64,000 nucleotides of DNA from Clostridiales bacterium DTU032 (GCA_001512745.1 LFSM01000060.1:4493-68492), one strand, 5' to 3'. Counted from the first letter of the stretch, positions 9,091 through 19,116 are shown. Notes: generated by a model from the letters alone, not told the origin. Numbers and translations: made by a program.

Positions 9091-9954
9091 ATGGAGCTGT
9101 GGTTTGAAGAACATAATACGGATGACGCGTATTTCGCTTTACGTGTGAAAAAACAGCTTTTTTCACAAAAATCGGATTTTCAGCAAATTGATATTTACGA
9201 TACATATGAGTTTGGCCGCGTCCTTGTTATGGACGGAGCGATTATGCTCACGGAAAAAGACGAGTTTATCTACCATGAGATGATTGTGCACGTAGCCATG
9301 GCTGTTCATCCTGATGTGAAAAAGGTACTGCTGATTGGTGGCGGCGATGGCGGTGCTCTGCGTGAGCTTTGCTCTTATCCCGGCATTGAGCAGATCGAGA
9401 TGGTGGAAATTGATCCGCTGGTTGTAGATGTAGCTAAGGAGTATCTGCCTGATGTAGCCTCTGCCTTTTCCGATCCGCGCCTTAATCTGATCTTTGCTGA
9501 TGGTCTGCGTTATGTGCGCCATCTCAAACGAGAATATGATCTGATGATTATCGATTCAACTGACCCCTTCGGACCGGGCGAAAGCCTTTTTACCAGAGAA
9601 TTTTATGGCAACTGCAGCAAGGGCTTGCGTGAGGGCGGGATCCTGATTAACCAGCATGAGAGCCCCTATTACAAGAATGACGCTCAAGAAGCACATTCGA
9701 TTTTTAATAAAACGAATAAAATATTTTCAACAGCGAAAGTATATCAGGCTCATATTCCCACTTATCCATCGGGGCACTGGCTCTTCGGCTTTATGTCGGA
9801 CAGCCTCGATCCGATTGCAGACCACGATCCGGATCGCTGGGAAAGTTTCAACATCAAGACGCGCTATTACAATTCTGATTTGCATAAAGGCGCTTTTTCG
9901 CTGCCGACTTATGTCAGAGAACTGCTGACAGAAGGCAGGCTGATAGACGAGTGA
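9091..9954 (+). CDS. speE: Spermidine synthase / polyamine aminopropyltransferase
   Basis: The motifs LLIGGGDGGALRE and IIDSTDPFGPG are present. Confidence 0.9.
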   Translation: MELWFEEHNTDDAYFALRVKKQLFSQKSDFQQIDIYDTYEFGRVLVMDGAIMLTEKDEFIYHEMIVHVAMAVHPDVKKVLLIGGGDGGALRELCSYPGIEQIEMVEIDPLVVDVAKEYLPDVASAFSDPRLNLIFADGLRYVRHLKREYDLMIIDSTDPFGPGESLFTREFYGNCSKGLREGGILINQHESPYYKNDAQEAHSIFNKTNKIFSTAKVYQAHIPTYPSGHWLFGFMSDSLDPIADHDPDRWESFNIKTRYYNSDLHKGAFSLPTYVRELLTEGRLIDE

Positions 9955-9965
9955 GGAGTGACGAC

Positions 9966-10838
9966 ATGGCTATATTTGATCATTTACCGGCGCCGGAGCG
10001 ACCTGCACTTTTGCGTTTCTGTGGCTATGCAGCTACAGAAGCGGAAGCGGATATTGTTGTCTTTGGTGCTCCTTTTGACTCAAGCAGCTCTTTTCGTCCC
10101 GGTTCACGCTTCGCGGCTGCGGAAATGCGCCGCGACTCATGGGGTCTGGAAAGCTGGAGCCCCCGGCTGAAGCGTGATCTGGAGGATCATAAGGTGCATG
10201 ATGCCGGTGATCTGGAATTACCTTTCGGCTCAACAAAAGAGGCACTGCGCATTGTGCGTCAAAGCTGCGCCGCTATTACAGAAGCCGACAAAACACCGGT
10301 GATGATTGGTGGCGAGCACACTCTTTCGCTGGGAGCTGTGGAAGCTCTTTTGGAATTTTACCCGGATTTACATCTTCTGCATTTTGATGCCCATACGGAT
10401 CTGCGGCCGGATTATCTGGGAGTCCGGAATTCTCATGCTTCTGTAATTCGGCGCATCTACGAGTTACTGGGCAAAAATCGTATTCATTCTCTGGGAATTC
10501 GCTCAGGACTGGCTGAGGAATTCACCTTTGCGGAAGAGAATCTTGACTTCCATCCCTTTGATTTAAGCGGAATTGGAGCGGCAGTGAAAAATATCGGAAC
10601 TGCTCCTGTTTATGTTTCTCTGGATCTGGACGTGCTTGATCCTTCTGTACTGCCGGGAACGGGGACAGCTGAACCGGGTGGTGTCAGCTATCAGGAAATG
10701 CTGGCGGCTGTCTATCAGCTTGAGGGTTTGAATATTGTCGGATGCGACATGATGGAGCTGGCTCCTTTACTGGATATTTCCGGAGCTTCTACTGCTGTAG
10801 CAGTTAAGTTATTGCGTGAGATGATTCTCCTGCTTTAA
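9966..10838 (+). CDS. speB: Agmatinase (ureohydrolase family)
   Basis: Mn-binding motifs GGEHT, HFDAHTDLR and SLDLDVLDP are present. An RBS GAGGAG precedes the ATG at 9966. Confidence 0.9.
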   Translation: MAIFDHLPAPERPALLRFCGYAATEAEADIVVFGAPFDSSSSFRPGSRFAAAEMRRDSWGLESWSPRLKRDLEDHKVHDAGDLELPFGSTKEALRIVRQSCAAITEADKTPVMIGGEHTLSLGAVEALLEFYPDLHLLHFDAHTDLRPDYLGVRNSHASVIRRIYELLGKNRIHSLGIRSGLAEEFTFAEENLDFHPFDLSGIGAAVKNIGTAPVYVSLDLDVLDPSVLPGTGTAEPGGVSYQEMLAAVYQLEGLNIVGCDMMELAPLLDISGASTAVAVKLLREMILLL

Positions 10839-10969
10839 GTTTTAACTAGTATTTAGAAAATGCCGGAACTTTCAGTTGAACATGACTTTGAACTTTTGCA
10901 TTAGAATGTATACAGTTAGTTTTTTAAAAAAATAAATCTTAATTAGAGATATGCTTAGGAGGTTTTTTG

Positions 10970-12169
10970 ATGAGTAGAGCAATGATTATCGGAGCCGGAG
11001 GTGTAGCCCGGGTTTGTGCCTACAAATGTGTTGAAAACAGTGAAGTTTTCAGCCATCTGATGATAGCCAGCAGGACCAAGTCAAAATGTGACCAGCTCAA
11101 AGCTGAATTGGATGGGCGGGGAACTGAGATTGAAACTGCTCAGGTGGATGCGGATAGTGTTCCGGAACTGGTTGAACTGATTAATCGATATAAACCGGAA
11201 TTAGTAATAAATCTGGCCCTGCCTTATCAGGACCTGACAATTATGGATGCCTGTCTGGAAGCCGGAGTCAATTATTTGGATACAGCTAATTATGAACCGC
11301 TTGACACAGCGAAGTTTGAGTACAAATGGCAATGGGCGTATCGTGATCGCTTCCGCGATGCAGGGCTTACAGCCATTTTAGGATCAGGTTTTGATCCCGG
11401 AGTAACCGGAGTGTATTCAGCTTATGCCCTCAAACATGAGTTTGACGAGATTCATGAAATCGATATCCTGGATTGCAATGGCGGAGATCACGGTTATCCC
11501 TTTGCGACAAATTTTAATCCCGAGATTAATATTCGTGAGGTAACAGCTAAAGGACGTTACTGGGAAAAAGGCGAGTTTATTGAAACGGAGCCGCTGGAAA
11601 TTAAGCGCAGCTACTATTTCGAGGAAGTGGGCGAGCGCGACATGTATTTGCTTTACCATGAGGAACTGGAATCTCTGGCTGAGAACATTACGGGAATAAA
11701 GAGGATGCGCTTTTTTATGACTTTCGGTGAAAGCTATCTGACACATCTCAAATGTCTGGAGAATGTCGGTATGACTTCAATCGAAGCGATCGACTTTGCC
11801 GGCCAAAAGATTGTTCCGCTTCAGTTTCTCAAGGCAGTCTTGCCTGACCCGGCAACTTTGGGTCCGCGAACACATGGCAAAACCAATATCAGCTGCATTT
11901 TCCAGGGTGTGAAAGACGGTAAAGAGAAGGTATATCGTCTCTATAATATTTCTGATCATCAGGAGGCTTTTAAAGAAACAGGTGCCCAGGCCGTATCATA
12001 CACGACAGGAGTGCCTGCTATGATCGGTGCTTCTCTGGTTTTACAGGGGCAGTGGCGCAAGCCTGGTGTCTTTAATGTCGAAGAACTTGATCCGGATCCA
12101 TTCATGGAAGGAATGAATAAATTCGGGCTGCCTTACACTGAAGATCGCAATCCGATCCTGGTTCCCTAG
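10970..12169 (+). CDS. Saccharopine dehydrogenase-family carboxy(nor)spermidine dehydrogenase
   Basis: It has an N-terminal Rossmann motif IIGAGGVARV, is ~400 aa, and lies directly upstream of a carboxynorspermidine decarboxylase gene. Confidence 0.8.
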   Translation: MSRAMIIGAGGVARVCAYKCVENSEVFSHLMIASRTKSKCDQLKAELDGRGTEIETAQVDADSVPELVELINRYKPELVINLALPYQDLTIMDACLEAGVNYLDTANYEPLDTAKFEYKWQWAYRDRFRDAGLTAILGSGFDPGVTGVYSAYALKHEFDEIHEIDILDCNGGDHGYPFATNFNPEINIREVTAKGRYWEKGEFIETEPLEIKRSYYFEEVGERDMYLLYHEELESLAENITGIKRMRFFMTFGESYLTHLKCLENVGMTSIEAIDFAGQKIVPLQFLKAVLPDPATLGPRTHGKTNISCIFQGVKDGKEKVYRLYNISDHQEAFKETGAQAVSYTTGVPAMIGASLVLQGQWRKPGVFNVEELDPDPFMEGMNKFGLPYTEDRNPILVP

Positions 12170-12204
12170 ACCAGTAGCGAAATTCCCGGAAGATTCAGTA
12201 ATAA

Positions 12205-12235
12205 CGGGCCGGGAGCGATTCTTGGCCCGGTTTTA
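12205..12235 (+). terminator. Short hairpin plus T-run between the dehydrogenase and decarboxylase genes
   Basis: The sequence CGGGCC-gggagcgattctt-GGCCCG followed by GTTTTAT gives a weak 6-bp stem. Confidence 0.35.
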
Positions 12236-12271
12236 TGAAAGCATTTGAAGGCATAGCTGGTAGAAAAAAGA

Positions 12272-13570
12272 ATGAAGAAGAACAATGTAAACACGTATGG
12301 ACAGGATGATGACGCTCTGAATCCACGCAAGCTATTCAAAGAACTGAACCGACCGGCAGCTGCTGACTTGCCGCTGTTTGATGTTCCTACACCTTATTAC
12401 TTAATTGATCTGCGCGCGCTTGAAGACAATTTGCGTCTCTTGAACGCCATCATGAAGGCCGCTGACTGCAAAATTTTACTGGCCCAGAAGGCCTTTGCCT
12501 GCTATCCGCTATACCCGCTGATCGGCAAATATCTCAGCGGTACTGCTGCCTCGGGTCTTCATGAAGCTCTCCTGGGCCGTGAAGAGATGGGTGAAGACAG
12601 TGAAGTACATGTCTATTCTCCTGCTTTCAAAGACTCTGAATTTGAAAAGCTGTTGGGAGTAGTGGACAAGATTGTTTTCAATAGCTTTGAACAATGGATC
12701 AAATATCGCGACCGCCTGCTGGAACACAATCTCTGTGGAGACAGGCAGATCTCTCCCGGCCTGAGGATCAATCCCGGTTATTCAGAGCTTGAACATGAGA
12801 TATATGATCCTGCAGCTCCAAATTCACGCCTAGGTGTTTCAGCCGAACAGTTTAAGGCCGGTGTGAAAGACGGCTTGTTTGAAGGTCTGGAAGGCATACA
12901 TTTTCACTCACTTTGTGAACAAAATTCTGATGCTCTGGCTAACACGCTGGATGCGATTGAAGAAAACTTTGGTGCTTTTCCGAAAGGTCTGCAATGGGTT
13001 AATCTGGGCGGAGGACATCATATAACACGGGCGGATTACGATGTTCAAAGTCTGCTGACCAGCATAAAGCGTGTACAGGCGGCGACCGGTGCTGAGCTTT
13101 ATCTTGAACCGGGAGAAGCGATCGCTCTGGATGCAGGTTTTTTGATAGCGGAAGTGCTGGATCTGGTGAAAAACGTCAAAACTACTGCTATTTTGGATAC
13201 GTCAGCTGCCTGCCATATGCCTGACGTTCTGGAAATGCCCTATACGCCGAAGTGCTTTCTCAGTCAGGAAATCAGTCGCAGCGGTCCTTCCCGCTGGTAC
13301 CAGGCTGCGCCTGCAGCTGAACTTCCCTATGAGATACGTTTAGCGGGACCAACGTGTCTGGCGGGAGATATTATCGGCGATTATTCTTTTGCTGTGCCAC
13401 CCCTGCCCGGTGATAGAATAGTTTTTCTGGATATGGCTATTTACACAATGGTGAAAAATAATACCTTCAACGGCATGCCCCTGCCGGCGATTGGAGTGTA
13501 TCCTGAAGATAAGTCATTGCGGACACTAAAAAGTTTTTCCTATGATGACTTTAAGGCCAGATTGGGCTAA
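12272..13570 (+). CDS. nspC: Carboxy(nor)spermidine decarboxylase (alanine racemase-fold PLP enzyme)
   Basis: TPYYLIDL, NLGGGHH and EPGEAI motifs are present. It carries a ~35-aa N-terminal extension relative to remembered NspC proteins. Confidence 0.8.
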   Translation: MKKNNVNTYGQDDDALNPRKLFKELNRPAAADLPLFDVPTPYYLIDLRALEDNLRLLNAIMKAADCKILLAQKAFACYPLYPLIGKYLSGTAASGLHEALLGREEMGEDSEVHVYSPAFKDSEFEKLLGVVDKIVFNSFEQWIKYRDRLLEHNLCGDRQISPGLRINPGYSELEHEIYDPAAPNSRLGVSAEQFKAGVKDGLFEGLEGIHFHSLCEQNSDALANTLDAIEENFGAFPKGLQWVNLGGGHHITRADYDVQSLLTSIKRVQAATGAELYLEPGEAIALDAGFLIAEVLDLVKNVKTTAILDTSAACHMPDVLEMPYTPKCFLSQEISRSGPSRWYQAAPAAELPYEIRLAGPTCLAGDIIGDYSFAVPPLPGDRIVFLDMAIYTMVKNNTFNGMPLPAIGVYPEDKSLRTLKSFSYDDFKARLG

Positions 13571-13584
13571 GGAGTTTATTGCGG

Positions 13585-14970
13585 ATGCGAATTCGTAATG
13601 TGAATTTAACTGAAGGCAGTATTTGGAAGCAACTATTAATATTTGCTTTGCCTCTGATGATGAGTAACTTTCTGCAGCAGCTCTACAATACAGCGGATCT
13701 CCTGATCGTCGGCAGATTTGCCGGCACTCATGCTCAGGCTGCAGTGGGGGCGACCGGAGCCCTTGCCAATATGCTGGTTGGTTTTTTTGTCGGTCTGGCT
13801 ACGGGTTGTGCTGTTGTCGTAGCACAGATGTACGGAGCAGAAGATGAAGACGGCCTTTATCGGATGGTGCATTCAGCCATGTCGATTGCCCTGACATCGG
13901 GTGTAATTTTGTCTATTGCTGGCTTCTTACTCTCAACTCCTCTGTTGCGTGTAATGGATACACCTGCGGATATTCTAGAAGAAGCCAGCAGTTATTTGCG
14001 GATATTTTTTGTAGGTTCCGTACCGTCTTTGCTTTATAACATGGGTTCGGGAATTCTGCGTTCAGTAGGTGACTCAAAAAGGCCTTTTTATTTTCTGGCT
14101 GTTAGTTCACTGGCAAATATATTACTTGATTTGCTTTTTGTGGCAGTCTTTAAATGGGGGATTCAGGGGGCTGCCTGGGCAACCATTATTTCTCAGGTTT
14201 TATCTGCTCTACTGGTCCTGCTCAGCTTAAGCAGGACTACAAACAGCTATCGCCTTTATCTGCGTGATATTGCCTTCCATGGACCAGTTGGTAAACGTGC
14301 GTTAAAGATCGGTGTGCCTGCCGGTTTTCAGAGTGTTCTGATTTCCGGATCCAATGTAATCATTCAAGCTGCTGTTAATGGCTTCGGAACTCTGGCTGTG
14401 GCCGGTTTTGCGTCTGCAGGCCGTATTGATGGTTTTGTCTGGGTATCTCTGAACGCAATATCTTTGGCGATGATGACCTTTATGGGTCAGAATATTGGAG
14501 CAGGCCAGATCGAAAGAGCAAAAAAGGGTCTGCGTCAGGCAATTGTTCTGGTAATGATGATTGCCGGAGGTATCGGCGCATTTTTCCTGCTTATTTCCAA
14601 ACCGCTGGCAGCACTTTTTAACCCTGATCCACAAGTCAATCACTATACAATGCAGGTAATGAAATATATTCTAAGTCTATATTGGCTCTTTGGAATTAAC
14701 GAAGTCTTTGGTGGTGCTCTGCGGGGAGCCGGCCGCTCAATGGTTCCGATGCTGGTAACCTTGATTTGTATGTCGGGTTTTCGTGTGCTTTGGATTTATG
14801 GCATACTGCCTTTTAAATCTACGTTTGATTTCATGCTCTTAGCCTACCCGCTGTCATGGATTATTACCTTTCTTGCTTATATCATATATATGAAGAAGGC
14901 TGACTGGCTGCCTGTACCGGAAGAGAGCGAAAAATATGAAGAGACGGAAACTACAGAAGCCGGTATATAA
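13585..14970 (+). CDS. MATE family efflux transporter
   Basis: It has 12 predicted TM helices and an N-terminal IWKQLLIFALPLMMSNFLQQLYNTADLLIVGRF typical of MATE/NorM. The start could also be the TTG at 13579. Confidence 0.85.
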   Translation: MRIRNVNLTEGSIWKQLLIFALPLMMSNFLQQLYNTADLLIVGRFAGTHAQAAVGATGALANMLVGFFVGLATGCAVVVAQMYGAEDEDGLYRMVHSAMSIALTSGVILSIAGFLLSTPLLRVMDTPADILEEASSYLRIFFVGSVPSLLYNMGSGILRSVGDSKRPFYFLAVSSLANILLDLLFVAVFKWGIQGAAWATIISQVLSALLVLLSLSRTTNSYRLYLRDIAFHGPVGKRALKIGVPAGFQSVLISGSNVIIQAAVNGFGTLAVAGFASAGRIDGFVWVSLNAISLAMMTFMGQNIGAGQIERAKKGLRQAIVLVMMIAGGIGAFFLLISKPLAALFNPDPQVNHYTMQVMKYILSLYWLFGINEVFGGALRGAGRSMVPMLVTLICMSGFRVLWIYGILPFKSTFDFMLLAYPLSWIITFLAYIIYMKKADWLPVPEESEKYEETETTEAGI

Positions 14971-14986
14971 AAGGAGTTACTGATAT

Positions 14987-15586
14987 ATGGAAAGAGAAGA
15001 AAATATGTCCCTTTTGAAAAAAGAGTATCGCAAAAAAGGAAAGCAAGTGCGGGCAGCTTTGTCCGCTGAAGAGCGTGCAGAAAAATCCAGAGAGATTGAA
15101 CGCCGGCTTTTTCAGTGGGATGCTTTTAAGATTGCAGAAAATGCAAGTGTTTTCATGAGCTTTCGTGATGAGGTGGATACCCATCATTTGATTGATATGA
15201 TGCGGGTTACGGGCAAGCGTGTCTATGTTCCCATTGTCGATAAAGAAAATAACGACTTGCTGCTGTCACTTTTTCATGGTTACGATGAACTGGAAGAGTC
15301 AGATTTCGGCATCATGGAACCGCGTATAAATCCTTCTCGAATCAAAGAGGTGGATGTACTGGACTTTGTGCTGGTTCCGGGACTGCTCTTCAGCAAGGAT
15401 GGATATAGGATAGGTTTTGGCGGCGGTTACTATGATCGCTTGTTATCAAAATTAGGCCCCGATGTGCCGCGGGTAGGTATCTGCTTTGAAGAACAAGTAG
15501 TTGATTTTGTTCCGGCTGAAGAATACGACGAAATATTGGATGCGGTTGTTACAGACCAAAATATTTATCTGTTCAAAGAGTTTTAG
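14987..15586 (+). CDS. 5-formyltetrahydrofolate cyclo-ligase
   Basis: The motif GFGGGYYDR is present and the size (~199 aa) fits. Confidence 0.85.
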   Translation: MEREENMSLLKKEYRKKGKQVRAALSAEERAEKSREIERRLFQWDAFKIAENASVFMSFRDEVDTHHLIDMMRVTGKRVYVPIVDKENNDLLLSLFHGYDELEESDFGIMEPRINPSRIKEVDVLDFVLVPGLLFSKDGYRIGFGGGYYDRLLSKLGPDVPRVGICFEEQVVDFVPAEEYDEILDAVVTDQNIYLFKEF

Positions 15587-15634
15587 GGGATAAATCTAAG
15601 GATATTTATTTTTCTTTGTTGAAAGGAGAATACT

Positions 15635-16195
15635 GTGGCAGATAGAGAAGACATTAAAAACGAATTAAATGAGCGTTTGGAAGCCTTTCGTTTTTTTGAG
15701 TTAAAAAACAAGAAGCAGGAAAGCGGGGACCGTTTCCTCTTACCCTGGATTTATACTCATATGTTTGGTGCCGGCAGGCAGAGCCGAGACAGCAGCAAGC
15801 GTGCCGCAAAAGAGATTAATTTATTTTTTAATCAGAAAGAACTGCGTGAAATCGAGCAGGATGCCGGTGATCTCTGGCTGGAACTAATTGATAGCCACCT
15901 GCAAGATTCTGCGCTGCGGTATTTGAAAATCAGCAAGTCTGATCCAAGTTTTGGCCGCAAATTTCTGGGACTGCTGGCGATGAGCGATGAAGAGAAGGAT
16001 AACAAAATCTTTAGAGATGTCTACAGTGGCATGATTACTCTCTTACTTGATTTGCCGGATTTTCCCTATCAGGCTTTGATGGTAAGAGCACTTGACGAGT
16101 CTTTCCTGACTGTTTATCCAGAACGACAAGGCGAGGTGGATCAGTGGCTTCAAACACTTCCAGATCCCGCCATGCGTGAGATATTTCGTCGCTGA
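15635..16195 (+). CDS. hypothetical 186-aa soluble protein
   Basis: A GTG start follows an RBS AAAGGAG. No motif was recognised. The 3' end overlaps the convergent ORF by 161 nt. Confidence 0.5.
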   Translation: MADREDIKNELNERLEAFRFFELKNKKQESGDRFLLPWIYTHMFGAGRQSRDSSKRAAKEINLFFNQKELREIEQDAGDLWLELIDSHLQDSALRYLKISKSDPSFGRKFLGLLAMSDEEKDNKIFRDVYSGMITLLLDLPDFPYQALMVRALDESFLTVYPERQGEVDQWLQTLPDPAMREIFRR

Positions 16196-16595
16196 GCATA
16201 ATGTCTGAAAGCGGATGAGCGTGGTGGATGACGACTTGAGATTCTATCGCAGATAATATGGGTGCCAGAGGCAGATGCAAAAGGTTCATTACCTGAATTG
16301 TGCGTCTTATATTGGCGAGAGCGTTGCCGGCTTCAATGGAAGATATGGCTGACATTCCCAGATCAAGAGCAGAGGAGATCCGTCCTTGGGTCAGACCCAG
16401 ATCTTTTCGCCTTAGGCGGATGATATGACTTAGCCAGAGTGCAGTCATATCGATATTGTTTGGGTAAACTAAGGTTTCACCGGTATCAATTGAATCAAGG
16501 AGATCAAAGTCCATATTGCTAGCATCCCGATTTGCTTTTGATCTATCATAGCATGAGCTTAACATAAAGATTTCGAACTGGTCGAAATTCCGCAT
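16035..16595 (-). CDS. XRE-family helix-turn-helix protein (start and C-terminus uncertain)
   Basis: The HTH_3-like segment reads RRKDLGLTQGRISSALDLGMSAISSIEAGNA. The annotated start is only 19 nt from hflX, so an internal Met (around 16445) is possible. Confidence 0.5.
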   Translation of the reverse strand: MRNFDQFEIFMLSSCYDRSKANRDASNMDFDLLDSIDTGETLVYPNNIDMTALWLSHIIRLRRKDLGLTQGRISSALDLGMSAISSIEAGNALANIRRTIQVMNLLHLPLAPILSAIESQVVIHHAHPLSDIMLSDEISHAWRDLEVFEATDPPRLVVLDKQSGKTRQVLLPSKPDRENPANQVRE

Positions 16596-16614
16596 TTTCT
16601 AGAAAGTTGGTTTT

Positions 16615-17901
16615 ATGTCTTTAAAAAATTTCTATGGTGATGAAAATTCTACACGCGCATATCTGGTCGCTGCGGTACTGCCAGGTGAAGAAGACAGTAT
16701 TGATCCTTCACTGGACGAGTTGGAAGATCTGGCCAATACCTGCGGCTTTGAGGTCGTCGCCAGAGTCACACAAAATGTGAAGAACATAAACGGCAGCAGT
16801 TATATCGGTTCGGGGAAACTGACTGAAATCAGCGAAATGGCGGAGAATGCAGATGTGGATCATCTTATTTTTAACACTGAGCTGTCCGCAGCTCAGTTTC
16901 GGAATATTGCGAAAGAAACTTCGGCTGCAGTACATGACCGTACCGGTGTCATCCTGGAAATATTCTCTGATCATGCCCGCACAGACGAAGGAAAAATCCA
17001 GGTTGAACTGGCACGGCTGCGTTACAAATTGACCAGACTGGCTGGTAAGGGAACTGAGCTGTCCCGGCTTGGCGGCGGTATCGGAACCCGGGGTCCCGGT
17101 GAGACCAAACTGGAGCAGGACAGAAGAGCGATTCAGCGGCGCATGGGTCAATTACAAAAAGAACTCGATCAGCTGGAAGTGAGACGAAAACACCAGCGCA
17201 GCTCGCGTCAGCGCAAAGATGCTTTGGTCGCAGCAGTTGTCGGCTACACCAACGCCGGCAAATCAACACTTATGAACAAGTTATGCGGCACGGATATTCC
17301 GGCAGAGAACAGGCTCTTTATGACCCTTGATCCCACTGCACGCAAATTGGATCTGCGTGATGGCATCAGTTATGTCATGATCGATACAGTAGGTTTTATA
17401 CGGGAAATGCCCAGACACTTGAAGCAGGCCTTTAAGGCGACTCTGGAAGAAGTGGTTGAAGCCGACCTGATCTTGCATTTAATTGATGTGTCGGACAAAG
17501 AGGCAGCCATGCACCGGCAGCTTGTGGACGAGCAGCTGGCTGAGTTGGGGGCGGGCGCCATCGACACATTTTACATCCCAAATAAAATTGATGAGAAATC
17601 CGAAGTTGCATATCACGACTTAATAACGTCAATACGACGTGACAAGCATGAAGATGTTTTCGAAATATCAGCGCTGACCGGACAAGGCTTGCCTGCATTA
17701 ATCGAGGCAATGGCTTTGTATGCCGAAGGCAGAATGCTCACTTTTGTAGCTGAGATACCTTATAGCTCGTCCGAATTGGAAGCTTATGTTCGCGAATTCG
17801 GGGTTGTCGACAAAATTGAATATGAGAGTGAGCATATCAGACTTGATGGTAAATTACAGAAGAGCAGAATGGGTCCCATAGCTGCTTATGTGCAGGACTA
17901 G
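16615..17901 (+). CDS. hflX: GTPase HflX
   Basis: G1 motif GYTNAGKSTL and G3 motif DTVGF are present, together with the HflX N-terminal domain and coiled coil. Confidence 0.9.
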   Translation: MSLKNFYGDENSTRAYLVAAVLPGEEDSIDPSLDELEDLANTCGFEVVARVTQNVKNINGSSYIGSGKLTEISEMAENADVDHLIFNTELSAAQFRNIAKETSAAVHDRTGVILEIFSDHARTDEGKIQVELARLRYKLTRLAGKGTELSRLGGGIGTRGPGETKLEQDRRAIQRRMGQLQKELDQLEVRRKHQRSSRQRKDALVAAVVGYTNAGKSTLMNKLCGTDIPAENRLFMTLDPTARKLDLRDGISYVMIDTVGFIREMPRHLKQAFKATLEEVVEADLILHLIDVSDKEAAMHRQLVDEQLAELGAGAIDTFYIPNKIDEKSEVAYHDLITSIRRDKHEDVFEISALTGQGLPALIEAMALYAEGRMLTFVAEIPYSSSELEAYVREFGVVDKIEYESEHIRLDGKLQKSRMGPIAAYVQD

Positions 17902-18632
17902 GAAGGCCTGTTTGCCTTGAGATTGGCCAGGTCAGGGTCCTTCTCGGCCAAAGCGATTGCTTCTTTCGCATACAACCAGTCACTGACTGCAGCCATGATC
18001 TCATCTTTTGTCGCATAATCCCCGGCAGATATGGGCTCGCCAAATTCTATAGTCAAAGGTTTTCGCTTCATGCGCCGTAAGTGTATGGGGTAAGGCAGCG
18101 GCATGTATCTGGAGTAAATTTCATAGGCGCCGTTAATATAGCAAGGAATAATGGGAACGCCGGTCTTCTGTGCAAGATAGGCAGCTCCATTCATCATCTC
18201 ACCGATTTTGCCATCGTGGGTGCGGGTTCCTTCAGGATGAATCATAACGATATCGCCAGCCTCCAGCCTTTTTTTTGCTACTATCAGGCCACGAATGGGA
18301 TTGCCATTGCGGTCTACCAAAATAGCCCTGCCGACTCTGAGCATAAGCTTGCCGAGAAGTCCGTAATCATCCTCTAAATCTGATCCGGCCATGCAGGAAA
18401 ATGAAGCAAAGTGTTCTTGGGGTACCCCGCCCATCAGCCACAGACCATCAAAGAAAGACTGGTGGTTGGCTGCGATTATGTAATTGCCTTCTGCCGGCAG
18501 ATTCTCCTGGCCTTTATATGTCAGGCGAACAAGTATTCTGGTTAAAAACATAGCCAGATGGTAGATCGCCTTCCCCATCCAGCTTCTTTCATACATGGTT
18601 ATCTGCTTAGGGGTGTCTTTACTATCTGACAT
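17898..18632 (-). CDS. plsC: 1-acyl-sn-glycerol-3-phosphate acyltransferase
   Basis: The HX4D motif NHQSFFD and the motif HPEGTR are present. The start was chosen at the first Met after the tadA stop, and the ORF is open up to 18722. Confidence 0.8.
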   Translation of the reverse strand: MSDSKDTPKQITMYERSWMGKAIYHLAMFLTRILVRLTYKGQENLPAEGNYIIAANHQSFFDGLWLMGGVPQEHFASFSCMAGSDLEDDYGLLGKLMLRVGRAILVDRNGNPIRGLIVAKKRLEAGDIVMIHPEGTRTHDGKIGEMMNGAAYLAQKTGVPIIPCYINGAYEIYSRYMPLPYPIHLRRMKRKPLTIEFGEPISAGDYATKDEIMAAVSDWLYAKEAIALAEKDPDLANLKANRPS

Positions 18633-18639
18633 TGTTTCA

Positions 18640-19116
18640 TTACTTAACTGTTTCACAATTATTTCTCCGAACAAAGAAGAAGTCGCGCAGCAATTGAGCA
18701 CATTCTTCCTGCAATACTCCACCCGTCACTTCTACCCTGTGATTTGACGGTAAAGCAAAAACATTAGATACAGAACCGGCCATGCCGGATTTTGGATCAT
18801 AGGCCCCAAAAAAGAGCCGCTTAATGCGTGCCTGCAAGATAGCACCTGAACACATCAGACAGGGCTCCAGAGTCACGAACAAGTCAGCATCACAAAGACG
18901 CCAGGACTTAATCTTTTGGCTGGCAACCTCAATCGCTACAAGTTCAGCGTGACCTGTGGCCATTTGTGAGCTTTCCCGGTTATTTCTGCCCTCAGCCAGT
19001 ATGATTCCATCCCGTACTATAACACAGCCGACCGGAACTTCACCGGCAATGGCAGCTTCACGTGCCAGCTCGATGGCTCGCTGCATATAATAATGTGAAT
19101 AGGTTTCCGGCCTCAT
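18640..19116 (-). CDS. tadA: tRNA-specific adenosine deaminase
   Basis: The zinc motifs HAELVAIE and PCLMCSGA are present. Confidence 0.9.
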   Translation of the reverse strand: MRPETYSHYYMQRAIELAREAAIAGEVPVGCVIVRDGIILAEGRNNRESSQMATGHAELVAIEVASQKIKSWRLCDADLFVTLEPCLMCSGAILQARIKRLFFGAYDPKSGMAGSVSNVFALPSNHRVEVTGGVLQEECAQLLRDFFFVRRNNCETVK

